Assembly (NCBI RefSeq): GCF_009914755.1
Contig: NC_060934.1
Origin: the human T2T-CHM13v2.0 reference genome, Homo sapiens
Reading direction: 5' to 3' (one strand)
Length of the DNA stretch: 64,000 nt
In this document: piece after piece, positions 10,082-24,466 of the stretch
Layout: every line of letters begins with the position of its first letter
How positions within the stretch are numbered: the first letter of the stretch is position 1
Notes under the pieces: model-generated
What the model was told of the DNA's origin: nothing
Database searches by the model: none
What the model saw: the letters and a program-made list of their open reading frames with translations, nothing else
Program-made: the position numbers and the translations under genes

Positions 10082-13060
10082 TTTACCATAATTACCAAGG
10101 AAAAGAAAAGTAAAATTACCTTAGAAGAAAACAACGGGTTCAGTTACCATAATGCAGACATTTTCTACTTCAGTATAGTACCTGAAATCGAACATTTTAA
10201 AAGTTGATTGTATTTCTGTGGAAGAGTAAAAGTTGTATGTATGATATTTGAAAATGCTATCCCTGCACTCAAAAGTTTTGAAAGAAACTAATCACAGCAC
10301 AGAAGTACCTTGATTTAATTTTTTAAACGTGTTCTCGGGAAGTTAGGGTTAAAGAAAATTTTGATAAAACAATTTTCCCACTTTAGTTCTTTAGTGACTC
10401 TTAGTAGAGGGTAATGGCTGACACCCCCATTCCCTCTCTTCTTCCACCAGCCTTATGCATCTAAGTGTAGCTCCTCTGGAGATGGAGAGCTCTTTCATCG
10501 TAGAACTGAAGGAGTTTCTCACATTTGTGAAGATACTTTGAGAGAACCTGGGTAAAGAAGTCACTCTATATCTGCTAAATATAGTTATTTTGAAGGATAT
10601 TAGGCTCCTTGAAAGTACATTTAACTCACTACAGTTACACCTCATACAATGCTTGAAGAGTTTTTGGCAAGTAAATTTTTTTTCCAGTTGAACTCTGTCA
10701 CTTGTTAGAGATTGGGAACACTCTCCCAAGGTGATTTTCTTTTTCTAAGTGACTGTGTCAAATGTTGCAGTAGATGGGCAGCTTCAAGAGAAGAATTTAA
10801 ACTCTTTGTCTCATTGAAAGTTTGGTTAAAGAACTTGAACATATTTCTAAATTTGATTATATTCTCTGATGATCCCTTTGCACAGAACTATGCTTATCTC
10901 ATGTTTGTCCTCCATAAACAAATGGCCATTTTTTTCTTCTTGGTTCCCATCCCTTTAAAAAGAGTGGAACATAGGAGCACTTCCAAGGGAGTGGCTTTTC
11001 TTGAAAATTAAAATTGTTTACCAAAACAGTATTTTGAAGCAAGATCATATTTTTGTCTGTATTCACTTTATTATTTGAACATGTCCAAATTAGGACAAAG
11101 CATTTCTGTTAGCTGCTTCTCAGTGTGACTGACAACCCAAAACATATATACAGATTGTTGGCATTTGCAAAAGGAAGCATCAATAGTGGACCCAGAGGCA
11201 GTGCATAAAACCTTAGGATAGATTCCTAAGGGACATGCCCAACAGAGTTTTAAAATGGATGTTTTCATGATGACAACAGAATCATAGATTTAGATTTTTC
11301 ACCTTGTAAGTTTGGATCAAATTTTGCTGGTTCTTTGGATAATGGAGTTCTTGTGTTAACAAATTACGTGCTATATGATTTTTTGTTACATTGTTACAAG
11401 TGTTAATGACATTTTCATTAATGGATGAAAACTTCAGGGCTTCTTTTCTGTATATAACAAATTAAGTCTGTACATATTTTTGTACCTTTTATGTAAATTT
11501 TGCACAGAAATTTTTGGCATAAGTTTATTTTCTTTCAGTTTAGTTCAGTGCATGCACTAATAAAACTGGTTGTTTAATTTAAAAGGAATATATAAGACTT
11601 TACCCATGTTATTTTCTTGGTTTTTATTTCAGATGTAGATTTTGTTTTTGAGGTAAATTCGTTCTTCAGGGATTGAACACTATTGTTAGCAAGTGCCTAA
11701 AAAAGATGTGAAACAGTTTACATATGTCAACTGTAACAGTAGGTCCCAAATGGGCCCATTCCCCTAATAGTTTTATTTTTAAAGAAAGCCATACATAGAA
11801 TGCTTCAAGCTATCTTGCTATGCACATTATACTTGTACTGTTTTGTGCAGTTTGTCTACTTTCTTAGTGAAGTATTTTTTGTATAAAATGTTACAATTGT
11901 GTTTCTTAAATTGAGCCTAAGAATGGAGTTAATTGGAAATATACAGTATATATTAATAATGTACATGGTGTTTAAAGAATGGTAAGCATTGTTAATTTCT
12001 GTAATGAACATTTTCAATTAAATTTATCTTGTTTGTGTTTACACAATAATTTTTTTACTGTGCTAAAATCTGATGGAAATTTTGTTCTCTAGGAAATACA
12101 GATTTTAAAGTGTATGTGTTTTTTCAGTGCTAGTTAACTCTACAAGATAGATAAAAGTGTGGGATTTTTTTTCTTCCCAAAATCATAGATGATATATTGT
12201 TTAAGAAAGGTAACATATACCATAATTTTACTATGGTTATGCTGGCAAGGTGAGCCATAGAGAGGCTTATAGTCTTCAGTACCCTAACAGCAATAAAATT
12301 AAAATGCTCTGTTTGTTACATATAGATCTGTTATGAGACATCACCTGCTGTAAATAGCAAGGAGAGAGAAGGAACTTTCCTGCTAATATTCGCAGCACTA
12401 TAACATTACATTTCAGAATAGCCATATCAGGAAAATAATGTCGAGATATGTACTTCTTGCCTTTAAGTTTTAACAGCCATTTAAAGTAAGCTTTGTGCTC
12501 CAGATATTCTAGTTGGAACTTTTTCTGATTTTGTTAACTTAAGTTATTCTGAGGGAGGCAGACCTGCTTAGAGTTTCATTATTGCCATTGCAGAAAATCC
12601 AAAACAAAAGCCTGTATCCTTTATTTTTTGTGTGTGGCTTTCCAAAGAGGGCTTTCCAAAATATGATTTTCAGTAGTTCGAGGTTCTTATTACAATTGAA
12701 GAGTTAGTTTTAGTTTTGCAGTTGAATTTCTGTGTGAGGAATTTGTTTTATTTTTTCTAGTTTGTCCATCTCCACTGAAATGGGTTTCTTACTATTTGGC
12801 AAGTACTTAAAAAACATAATTCAGTTTTCAAAGAATTTATCTTGCTAAGTATTCAGTAACACAAATTGAAATGTAATAGTTTTTTTAATGGAAAATATTT
12901 TCATTGGGGGGTTAGCCAATTTTTTCAATAAAGGGTCAGATAAATAAGCTTCGTAGGCCTTCTAGTTTCTGTCCTAACTACTCAATTCTCATAATGCAGA
13001 AAAAAACCATAGACAATATGTAAATGAATTAGTGTGGCTATGTTTTAATAAAACAATTTA
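10082..13060 (+). other. ZNF518A: ZNF518A 3'UTR with several candidate poly(A) signals
   Basis: AU-rich, largely repeat-free sequence after the stop. AATAAA at 11559, ATTAAA at 12017 followed by a U/GU-rich tract, AATAAA at 12292 and about 13047. The true end cannot be fixed from sequence. Confidence 0.6.
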
Positions 13061-13118
13061 TAAAAACAGGAAGTGGGCTGAATTTGGCCCACCAGACATA
13101 GTTTACTGACTGTTGCTT
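12906..13118. mobile_element. MER58A-like hAT MITE
   Basis: ggggttagcca...aaagggtcagata...tttggccc...tagtttactgac pattern. Confidence 0.65.
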
Positions 13119-14432
13119 GAATTCCCTAGAGTCTGCTTTCAGAATGGGATTTTTATTTAAAAAAACAAGCTTGATAAGTTTCGTGATGTACCTCACCTGT
13201 GTAAAAGAGCTACAAAGTACGAACTAAAATATGTATATAAAGTTTCTAGTATAGATGTATTTGTATAACAGTGAAGAGACTGTAAATGTAATGAAAATGG
13301 TTAGTGGGTAAAATAGGTCATTTGTGTGCTAAGAGTAGTGCAACTTATGAAGGGATTAAAAATGAGATAGAACAGAAATGCTGTGAGAATTTATGTCCAG
13401 GTTAGATGGGAAAAGGACTTAGATATTCTTTCAGTGATTTGAAATAGCTGTTAAGAAAAAGTAATAGAAGTTCTTGGGGTGGGAGAAAATGGAGGTGAAT
13501 TAAAAACAGAATATTATATACTAATTCCATACAGCTTATCTTGATTTTTTAAAAATAAGATTCCTTTTCACCATTGACATCTACTTCCTTCCTTAACTTT
13601 CTTAACAGAGCCATTTGGGGCGTTGGCTCTGTTCTTTGCCTTAGCAACTTGTTAGGATCCTTGCTCTCAGCATACTACCTTGACCCATTGGGGATCTCAT
13701 CTAGCAAAACTTACTGGGGGGATTTTTCAGGGTGGTATTTGTTGCTAGTTAGCAGAGTATGGCATTAGTGGAAACTTTTCCTGTAATGGAGAGTTGAAAT
13801 GGTTGAGTTTGATGTTTATTAATTTATGTATGCCTCTCTTAATAACTGGAGAATTGAGAAGTAATTAGTATCTTGGAGGAAGTATTTCATGAAGTCATCT
13901 TTGAGGTGCTTTTTGACTAGTTTAACAAAGCTTCTGTTAATGCCTCCAAATTTAGGAATCTTTTTAAAACGAGAATAATTGTTACAAGAGTGGAAACTTT
14001 CAAGTAAATAGTGTGGAAAAAATATAATGTACATCAATTTTAGAAGTCATGAATTTAGGAGATGCCAAGAATGTGCTTAATTTAAATACTTTTTCCTAGT
14101 AAAGACATTTCTAATGTGTTAAAATAAGAATTTTTCCATATACTTCAAAGTGCTTAAACCAAAAGTAAGGGTTATGTTTATGTGGCAACTCATGAAATAC
14201 ATCTTTCAATTAAGGAGTGAAATGTTGCCTGCGATCATCAATTACATCATAAGCTATTGCTAATGTCAAAGAATAGGAAAGCAAAATGAAAGTTAAATTT
14301 GGGAGAGAGACCAAAATACTCTTGTAGATGACTTGCTTTTAATATCTTGGAAGTTTAAAGGAGTACACTGAAAATTAGTTACTTTCCTGAACAATTAACA
14401 GTAATCAACTGGGGAACAATAAAAGAAGACCC

Positions 14433-14712
14433 ATTTATTTATTTTTCGAGATGGAGTCTCACTCTGTTCCCCAGGCTGGAGTGCAGTGGCACAGTCTTGG
14501 CTCACTGCAGCCTCTGCCTCCCGGGTTCAAGTACCGCTCCTGTAGTGGGATTACAGGTGCCCACCACGATACCCAGCTAATTTTCATATTTTTAGTAGCG
14601 ATGGGGTTTCACCATGTTGGCTAGGCTGGTCTTAAACTCCTGACCTCAAGTGATTCACCTGCCTTGGCCTCCCAAAGTCTGGGATTATAGGCATGAGCCA
14701 CCATGCCCAGCC
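14433..14712 (-). mobile_element. AluS
   Basis: Alu consensus motifs. Confidence 0.9.
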
Positions 14713-15098
14713 AGTAAGACCCGTCTATAATAAGAGGCACAAAATAATACAAGCCTGCCAAAAAACAACAACAACCAAAAAAAAAAAAAAAAAACAGACA
14801 CCAAACCAAACCTGTAAGATATAACTGGGAGATACATAGTATTTCTGAGTGGAAGACTAAATATACCTGCTTAGCAGATTACATTTTTAGAACTTTGTCC
14901 CCCACCCCTACCCCCATTACCCTCTTCCTCTAACAGAGCTGCTTTACAGGGAGGATTGTGGTTTGGGCATTCACTGAAGAGCTGATTTACCATTCTTTCT
15001 ATCCTCCAGCTGTTCCATAGCATAAAGGTACAGAGGTTCTGTTCAGTGGAGGGTTGGAGTAAGCTTCAAAAACTGACAACACATTATTACAAGAGGCC

Positions 15099-15662
15099 TG
15101 AATTAGGGTTTTTCAGAGATACAGAACCAATATGAGGGCATGTCTTGAGGGAATTAGGTTATGTAATTATGGAGGCTAGGAAGTCCCACACTAGGCTGTC
15201 TGCAAGCTAGAGACGTAGTGATGGTGGTAGCATGACTCAGTCGAAGTCCAGAAGCCTCAGAACCAGGAAAACTGGTGGTGTAACTCTCAGACTGAGATAG
15301 AAGGCCTGAGAACCAAGGGGCCACGGGTGTAAGTCCTCGAATCCAAAGGCCTGAAACCCTGGAGTTCTGATGTCCAAGGGCATGAAAATAAAGCTGTCTC
15401 AGCTCCTGGGGTATGGCGTTAGGCGTGGGGGGAGGAAGTTAGTGGAGAGAGAATTAGCTTTTTCTCTTTTCCTTCTGTCCAGGCTCCTAGCTGTTTGGAT
15501 TGTGCGTCAATCACATTGTGGGCAAATCTTCCCCATTCAGTGTAATGGCTCACATACCAGTCTCTGAAAACACCCTCACAGACACATTCAGAAATAATGT
15601 TTTACCAGTTGTCTAGGTATTCCTTAATGCATTCAAGTTGACACTGAAAATTAACTGTCACA
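15099..15662 (-). mobile_element. MLT2 solo LTR
   Basis: Homologous to 2200-2732; ends ttaactgtcaca; approximate 5-bp TSD aggcc/gggcc. Confidence 0.8.
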
Positions 15663-15792
15663 GGGCCTGACTTTATTTGTAACAGACTTCAGAGTATTGT
15701 AGAAAACAGTAGAGCAATCAGTAACAGTGGAGGTTCAACAGTTGCCAGGTCATTCCAATAGATAACCAGAAGCTTAAAGAAAGGATCAGGGA

Positions 15793-16077
15793 GGCCAGGC
15801 ACGGTGGCTCAGTCTGTAATCCCAGCACTCTGGGAGGCCGAGACGGGCGGATCACAAGGTCAGGAGATCGAGACCATCCTGGCTAACACGGTGAAACTGC
15901 GTCCCTCCTAAAAATACAAAAAAATAGCCAGGCATGGCAGCGTGCACCTGTAGTCCCACTACTCGAGAGTCTGAGGCAAGAGGATGGTGTGAACCCGGGA
16001 GGCGGAACTTGCAGTGAGCCGAGATCGCACCGCTGCACTCCAGCCTAGGCGACAGAGCGAGACTCTGTCTCAAAAAG
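15793..16077 (+). mobile_element. AluY/Sc-like
   Basis: 17-bp TSD aaagaaaggatcaggga (15776-15792 / 16078-16094). Confidence 0.9.
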
Positions 16078-16483
16078 AAAGAAAGGATCAGGGAAAGAGA
16101 CAACCTAGATAAAACTACAGACATCCCTTGTGATCAGGAAGACTGTGCATGCTGAAGGCTGCCATCTCAGAGGACTGACCAGAGAGAACTTCTAAACTAC
16201 AAGTTCCTGGCCAAATGAAGGGCAAACTTGTAAACTCCCTAAGTAGTGAAAGCAGTCTTCAAGCCATACATTAATTAGTCAAGCCAAGTCACTAAAGGAA
16301 GATGATCAGTATGCAGAGATCTGTGTTACCTAAAATGTCCAGTTTCAACACAAAAATTGAGATATGCAAAGAAACAGAAAAGTATGTGTCCTATATGACA
16401 GAGAAATGTAGGAAATATAAAGTTTTGAGGGATACCAAATTTAGGATAAATGCTAAGCAGCTGTTACAAATGTATGTTCAAAA

Positions 16484-16770
16484 GGCTGAGTGCAGTGGTT
16501 CATGCCTGTAATGCCAGCAGTTTGGGAGGCTGAGGTGGGTGGATCACTTGAGGCCAGGAGTTTGAGACCAGCCTGGCCAAAATGGTGAAACCCCGTCTCT
16601 ACTAAAAATAAATTGGCCAAGCGTGGTGGGCGCCTGTAGTCCCAGCTACTCAGGAGGCTGAGGCAGGAGAATCGCTTGAACTCAGGAGGCAGAGGTTGCA
16701 GTGAGCCGAGATTGCGCCATTGCTGTCCAGCCTGGGAGGCAGCGAGACTCCACCTCAAAATAAATAAGTA
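16484..16770 (+). mobile_element. AluS
   Basis: Alu consensus motifs. Confidence 0.9.
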
Positions 16771-17438
16771 AACCCAAAGAACTAAAGGAAGCCAGATGTG
16801 AAGAATTAAGGAAAGTATTCTAATGTCTCACCAAGTAGAGAACATAGAGATAGAAATTTTTTTTAAAGAACTAAATGAAAATTCTGGAGTTGAAAAGTAC
16901 AATAACTACAATTTTAAAAGTTACTAGAAAGGCTCAATACTAGATTTGAGATGGCAGAAGAAAGAATCAGCAAACCTGCAGATTGATAGAGGATATGCAA
17001 TCTGAAACAAAAAGTTTGAAGAAAAAGTGTTCTTCACACTATGTACACAAAAATTAACTCAAAATGGATCATAGACCTAAATACAAGCAAAAACTGTAAA
17101 ACTTACAAAAAATGTAAGTATTTGTGATAATTCTCTAGACAAAGCTTTCATAGCTGTGACACCAAAAACAAAAAAGTGCAATAGATAATTTGTTTTAAAA
17201 GACAGCGTTTTTATTACAGGAGGTTGTAAAACTAGTCTGTTTTATCTGTTTCAGATTAATCTCAACTTAATTTCAGTAATGAAAAATTTGCTCTATATGC
17301 CTTCATTCTGCCCATGCTGTTATTGTCACAAACTACATCTTTATAATAATTATATGTCCATCAACATAGTTTTATAATTACGCAGTTTTAAAAATCAGGA
17401 GGGAAGAACAAGAGTTACGAACAGATATACATTGTCTT

Positions 17439-17690
17439 GCTGCTCCAAAATCTGCAATGTAAAAGGCCCCATGCACAAGGGCAATGTGCTAATTCTGTTG
17501 GAGTCATGAGTGAGAGGCCCAGAGGTTGCACCTCACTTGGCTGCTCACTGGGTCTTGGATGCAGGGTTCAACCACTTGGCCAGTGGGAATGGTGTGCTAC
17601 GATCTGCTCCTTTATTTTATTTTTTGCTCACCACACGGGAATTGTGATGCACCCTTAAATAAAGCATTTGTGTTCCAAATTAAAAAAAAA
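17439..17690 (+). pseudogene. 5'-truncated processed RPS28 retrocopy
   Basis: Degenerate match to RPS28 ...[27 protein letters not shown] and its 3'UTR; AATAAA at 17658, A-tail, and 12-bp TSD atacattgtctt (17427-17438 / 17691-17702). Confidence 0.85.
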
Positions 17691-18334
17691 ATACATTGTC
17701 TTATGTTTATTTGTGCTGGTGAATATATTTACCTTTCCAGTGTTTTTTTTTTTTCATTCATGTGAGTTCGAGTTACTGTCTAGAGTTCTTTCATTTTAGC
17801 TTTATACTCCCTTTAGCTTTTTTTTTCTTGTAGAGCAATTCTGCTAGCAACAAACTCAGCTTTTGTCTATCTATGAATATCTTAATTTTTCTGTTTAAAA
17901 GAATAGCTTTGCTGGATATAGAATTTTTGGTTGACAGTTTTGTTTTCTTTTTAATTTTCCATTCAACACTTCTAATATGTCATCCCATTGCCATCTGGCC
18001 TCCGTGATTTCTGATGAGAAATCAGCTGTTAATTCTCCTGAGGACCTTTGGATGTGATGACTCACTTCTTTCTGTCTTGCTGCTTTCAAGATTCTCTTTT
18101 TGTCCTTGTCTTTCAACAGTTTGACTATGATGTGCCAGTATGCATATTTTTGAGTTTATGTTACTTGGAGATTCTGGAGCTTTGTAGAATGGTAGATTAA
18201 TTTTTGTTAAATCTCATTTTTATTTCATTAAATTTGAGAGGTTTTCAGTTATTCAAATATTCTCCCTGATGAATTCTCTTTTTTTCTCTCTTTCTGAGAC
18301 TCATCCTATGGGTATGCTGGTATTATTACTAACT

Positions 18335-18609
18335 TATCTATTTATTTTAGAGAGGCTGGTTCTTGCTCTGTTGCCCAGGCTGGAGTGCAGTGGTGCAGTC
18401 ATAGCTCACTGCAGCATTGAACTCCTAGACTCAAGCATTCCTTCCACCACAACCTCCCAAATAGCCCAGCTAACTTTTAAAAAAATTTTTGTAGAGTTAG
18501 AATCTTACTGTGTTGCCCAGTCTGGTCTTGAACTCTTGGCCTCAAGGAATCCTCCTTCCTTGGCCTCCCAAAACACTGTGATTACAGGTGTGAGCCACTG
18601 TGTTTGGCC
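18335..18609 (-). mobile_element. AluJ
   Basis: Diverged Alu motifs. Confidence 0.85.
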
Positions 18610-21600
18610 ATATGCTGATATTCTTCATGGTATCATACACGTCTTTCAGGCTCTGTTCGTTTTTTGGTTTTCTTTCTGTTTCTCAGACTGTATGTCAACT
18701 GATCAATCTTAGAGTTCACAGATTCTTTGTTTTGCTAGCTTACATCTGCTGTTGAGCCCCTTTATTGAATTTTTATTTCAGTTACTGTGCTTTTCAACTG
18801 TAGAATTTCAATTTGGTTCTTTTAATAATTTCTATCCCTTTATTGATGTTCTCTATTTGGTTAAGCTGTAATTCTCTTTAGTTCTTTAAACATGGTTTCT
18901 TTTAGTTCTTTGAACATATTTAAGATAGCTGAGTTGAAGTCTTTGTTCAAAATGTACAGTGCCTTAGGGATAATTTCTACTGAATGCTTTTTTCTCTATG
19001 TATGGGTCATACTTTGCTCTGCATGTCTCATTTTTTTTGTTGTTGAAGAATTTAAAAGTATGAATTTTGTAATGTGACAACTGAAAATCAGATTCTCCCC
19101 TCCAACCTCTCAGGTTTGTTATTCTTACCGTGTTTTGTACTTGTTGTCTAGTGACTTTTCTGAACTGATTTTGTAATGCTTGTATTCTTTGCCATTTGTG
19201 GCCATGAAAGTCTTTGTTCTGTGAGTTTAATGGTCAGCTAATAAGTAGACAGAGATAAACACCTGGAATGAATAAATCTTCCAGTGTTTGCTAAGGGACT
19301 TGTGTGTTTTTGTGACACATCAACATTCAGCCAGGTGGCTTACAACTCTGCCTTCACCTTCAGCCTCCAGGTTGGCCATTGTGAGAGTTTAGTGCCTTCT
19401 CACATCTTTTCTAAGCACACATACAGCCCTGGGCATGAGTGTGACCTTCTAGATTCTCAGGAGTATGTTAAAGCTTTACAAAGTCCCTATGGACATCTCA
19501 TTTCCCAGGCTTTTCTTCCAAGCTTTTTGGTTAGTCTGTTGCCTGCCCCAGTTGTTATCTGTCACCCCAGGCAGCAGCAAATAAAGCATTTGGCTGCTAA
19601 TATTTTAAACATTACCCCTAGTTAGCAACTTTAGCTCTGGACCAACTCCAAGTTAGGCAAAATAAAGACAGGCCTTCTGAGCTGGACTTCCAGGGAGCCA
19701 CCAGACAGGTCAGTATAAATAGTTAAGGTATTTTGTGATTGAAGACTGTTCTTCCTCTAGTACTGGGAATGAGGGCTGTTATTTACAGTGCTGTTGCTGA
19801 GGTGAGGAGTGGAGAATGAGACTAGAGTAACTTAAAATACCACAAAGCTGTTGTTCTGAGATTCAGCCATTTTTCTTGGGTAAGCACTTCCTGGGATGCT
19901 AAAAGCTTTTGATTAGTTTAAAAAGTTCCAAAAAAGTTGATTGTGACAGTTTGTTTGCCAGACTTTTAATTGCTTTTATGTTAGGGCAGAATTTCAAAGT
20001 CTTTGCTATTTTCACTGACACCACATTATAGATAAATTTAACTTCATCGAAATTTGAAAAATATTGCTTCAATGGATATCATCAAGAAAGTGAAAAGACA
20101 ACCCACAGATTGGGAAGAAATGTTGTATATCATACATCTGATTATGCATTTTAATTTAGAATAATGAACCCTTACAACTTAGGAGACGTAACCCAATTTA
20201 AAGTGGGCAAAAGATCTGAATAGCATTTCTCTAAAGAAGATATACAAATGGCCAAAAAGCACATGAAAAGATGCGCAACATCATTAGTCATTAGGGAAAT
20301 GAAAACCAAAACCATGTGAGATACCACTAAAAAAAAAAAAACCCAGATGATGAGGCCAGGAAGAGTTTGGAACCCTCATACACTGTTGGTGGGAATGCAA
20401 AATGGTACAGCCATCTTGGAAAACAGTATGGGACTTCCTCAATAGGTTACATGTAATGTTACCCTGTGGCCCAGAGCTGCTTCTCCTAAGTATATACCCC
20501 AAATAATTTAAAACAGGTGTTCACACAAAAATTTATACAAGGATGTTAATAGCAGTATTATTCATAGTGGCCTTAAAAGTGGAAACAACCCAAAGTCCAT
20601 CAACTGATGAATGCATAAATAAATGTGTATATCTATACAATTGAATATTATTCAATCATAAAAATAAATGAGATAGTAATTTATGCTACAACTTGGATGA
20701 ATGTTGGAAGCATTAGGTTAAGTGAAAGAAGCCAGTAACAAAACCATGAGTCCATTCATATGAAATGTCAAGAATAGGCACATTTACAAAGAATGAAAGT
20801 AGATTAGTAGTGGTTGCTTAAAGCTAAAGGTGTTTAAAGGAAATACAGAGGGGACTGCTAAAGGACAAGGAGTGATAAAAATGTTCTAAAATTGTGATTG
20901 TTGTGTAATTCTGGGAATTCACTAAGAAACCATTGAAGTGTACATTTTATATGTGTGAATTATATGGTATGCAAATGATAGTAAGCACACATAGACACAT
21001 GTATAATGTGGGACACCATTAAGGGCAACATATGTGTAATGAAAAATTTTTTAAGTAGTCAAAGAAATAATGACTAGAAACTTCCCAAGTTTGGTGAAAA
21101 ACATATTTTCAGAAGCTCAACATACTCCAAGTAGGATAAATGCAAAGAGATTCAAAAGTAGACATGTTATTGTCAGAATGTTGAAAGACAAAAAAAAAAT
21201 CTTGAAATTATCATAAGAAAAATGATGCATGGAACCCCCAATAAGATTAATAGCTGACTTCTCCCCAAAACCAAGAAGGCTAAAGGGAAGTGGATAACAT
21301 ATTCAAAGTTTTGAAATAGAAACAAAACTGTCTTTCAAAATTGAAGGCAAAATGGATATTTCAAATAAGCAAAATGAGAATTCATTTGTTGCAAACCTAC
21401 CTTTCAGTAAATACTAAAAGTTCTTAAGACTGAAAGCAAATGATGTCAAGAATAATTTGAATTCACAGGAAAAAAGAAAGACATTACATGAAAGTAAGTA
21501 AGTATAAAAGAGAATATAATTGCATCTTTATTTTCCTTTCTCTTAAAAGGCAATCAAATAAAACATTATGCATATAATTGTATTTTGGGGCCAATAGCAG

Positions 21601-22209
21601 AAATGTTATAACAACACAAGGAAAGTAGATGGGAATAAAGCTATTTTGCAGTAAGGAAATGACACCAGAGAGTATCTCAAATCCACGGGAAGAAGTGAAA
21701 AGAACCATAATAGTAAATAAGAAGGCTCATATGAAAAACTCTATAAATATATACTTGTTCTTTTTAAATTACCTTTAAAAGACACAAAATTATTAATAAG
21801 TATAACAGTTTATTCTTGGGTTTGTAACATGTAAACCTATTGTGTGTAACAATAAGGTGGGGGAGGGAACAGAGCCATATAGTAGTAAAGTTTTGATATT
21901 TCACTGGAATTAAGTTTGTATTTATCTGAAATAGATTCTGATAAAGATGTATATTGTAAGCCCTAGAGCAACCACTAAGAAAATTCCTCAAAAATAAAAC
22001 ATCATTAAAGGGATTAAAATTTATTTTAAAATAGCCAAAGAAAACAGTAAAGGAGAAACAAATTAACAAAAAAGGAATGAAACCTATAAAAAACAAAAGC
22101 ACACTGGTAGACATAAATCCAACTATATTAATATAACATTAAATGTGAATGGATTAAACAGTCCAATCAAAAGGCAGAAATTTTCAGACTGGATAAATAA
22201 GATTCATGT

Positions 22210-22536
22210 GCAGTAAACTCTCCATATCTGTGCGTTCTACATCTGCAGATTCAATCAATCATGGATCAAAAATGTAGTTAGGCTTATGATGATTGTGTCT
22301 GAGCATGTACAGACTTTTTTTCTTATTCCCTAAACAATACAGTATAACAACTATTTAGATAGCATTTGCATTGTATTAGGTATTATAAGTAATCTGGAGA
22401 TTAAAATATACAGGAGGATATTTGTAGGTTATGTGTGAATACTATGCCATTTTACATAAGGGATTTGAACATCCATAATTTTAGTTTCCACAAGAGCTTC
22501 TAGAACCAGTCCCCCATGGAGGCTAAGAGACAACTG
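22210..22536. mobile_element. MER2-like TcMar-Tigger element
   Basis: cagt...ctccatatctgtg...gattcaa start and agaaccagtcccccatgga...caactg end. Confidence 0.7.
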
Positions 22537-24041
22537 TTTATATTATGGAAATTGGCAACAGGTACAAACCAGGGCTTTTTACAACCCCTGACCAAGAGAG
22601 CTGATTTCACCAGCACCCTCTGTGGAGACACAGTTCTAGTTTTTGTCCCATGAATCTGAACAAATCATTCTGTCTACAGGAGCTACACTTTAGACTCAAA
22701 GATATTAGTAGGTTGAAATTTTAAAAATGGAAAAACATGTTGTCTCAGTCATTTTGGGCTGCCATAACAAAATACCATAGACTGAGGGGATGAAACAACA
22801 AGAATTTATTTTCAAAAAACATTATTAACTATAAAGAGGGAAATTTTATAACAGTAAAAGTGTCAACTCATCAGGAAGCTATAACAATTTTAAACATATA
22901 TGCACCTAATAACAGAACCACAAAATCCATGAAGCAAAAACTGACAGAATTGAAGGGAGAAGTAGACAAGTAAAGAATGATAGTTGGACACTTTGATACT
23001 CCACTTTGCATAAATGAATAAAATAACAACAAAAGATTGGCAAGGAAATAGAAAACTTGAACAGCACTACAAACTAGATCTACTACATCTATGAAATCCA
23101 CTCCAAAACAGGAGAATAGATATGCTTTTCCAAAGAACATGGAACATTCTCCAGGATATACCATATAAAACAAGTCTCAGTGAATTTGAGAGGATGGGAA
23201 TGATACAAAGTGTGTTCTCCAACCACAATAGAATTAAATTAGAACTTAAAAACAAAGGAAATTTTGAAAATTCATAAATATATGGCAATTGAACAATACT
23301 CATAAATAATCAATGAATCAAGTAACAAACTTTCTTGAGGTTAATAAAAGAAAAAACATAACCCACCAAATCTTGTGAGATGTGACTAAAGCAGTGCTTA
23401 GAGGGAAATTTATATCTGTGAGTATATTTAAAAAATAAAAAAACTTACTGCAACAGAACTGTACACTTAAAAATGACTAAAATGGTAACTTTTATGTATA
23501 CTTACCACAATAAACGAAGAAAGATTTCAAATTAATAGCATAACTTTATACTTTAAGGAACAAGAAAAAAAAGAGCAAAGTAAACCCAAAGCAAGTCAAA
23601 GGAAGAAAATCATAAAAATGAGATGGAAGGAAATTGCATTGAGAATAGAAAGACAATAGAGAACATAAAGGAAACCAAAATTTGGTTCTTATCAAAGGTC
23701 AACAAAATTGACAAGCTTTAGCTAGACTGGCCAAGAAAATAAGACTCAAATTACTAAAAACAGAATGAAAGAGTGGACAATACTACTGCTCTTACAAAAT
23801 GAAAATGAATGTAAGGGAATACTATGAACAACTGAATGCCCAGTAGTTAGATGACCTAGATGAAATTGACAAATTCCTAGAAAGATACAAAAACTATTTT
23901 AAAAAATGGCTTAAGAGGAAATATAAAATCAGAAGAAACCTATGACGAGTAAGGTATTGAAATGATACCACAAAAATTGTAAGAAAAACCCAGGTTTAGA
24001 TGGCTTCAGAATACATTAGTAAAGTCTACCAAAAAAATTAC

Positions 24042-24067
24042 AGATAGATAGATAGATAGATAGATAG
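24042..24067. repeat. (AGAT)n microsatellite
   Basis: About 6 units. Confidence 0.9.
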
Positions 24068-24101
24068 CAATTCTTTACAAGCTTACAAAACATGGAATAG
24101 G

Positions 24102-24466
24102 TGTTATATATTGAATGTTTGAGTCCCCCACTCCCCCAAATGCATATGTTGGTGCTTTAACCTCCAATTAGGATGTGGGGCCTTAGGGAGATACTTAAGT
24201 TTAGATGAGGTCGTGAAGATAGAGCCCTCACAATGGAATTATTGCCCTTAAGAGTAAGGGACAGCATAATTTTTTTTCTCTGCCATGAGGATACAACAGG
24301 AAGTCCCCATTTGTAAGGCAGGAATTGGGGCCTCACTAGAACCCATCTATCCTGGCCGCCTGGTCTCAAACTTCCCAGCTTCCATAACTGTGGGAAATAA
24401 ATGCCTGTTGTCTGAGCCACTCAGTCTATGATATTTTTGTTATAGCACCCAGAGCTGATTAAGAAA
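24102..24466 (+). mobile_element. MaLR (MLT1A/MST-like) solo LTR
   Basis: tgttat...tgaatgtttgagtcccc start and aaataaatgcctgttg...ttgttatagca end. Confidence 0.7.
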
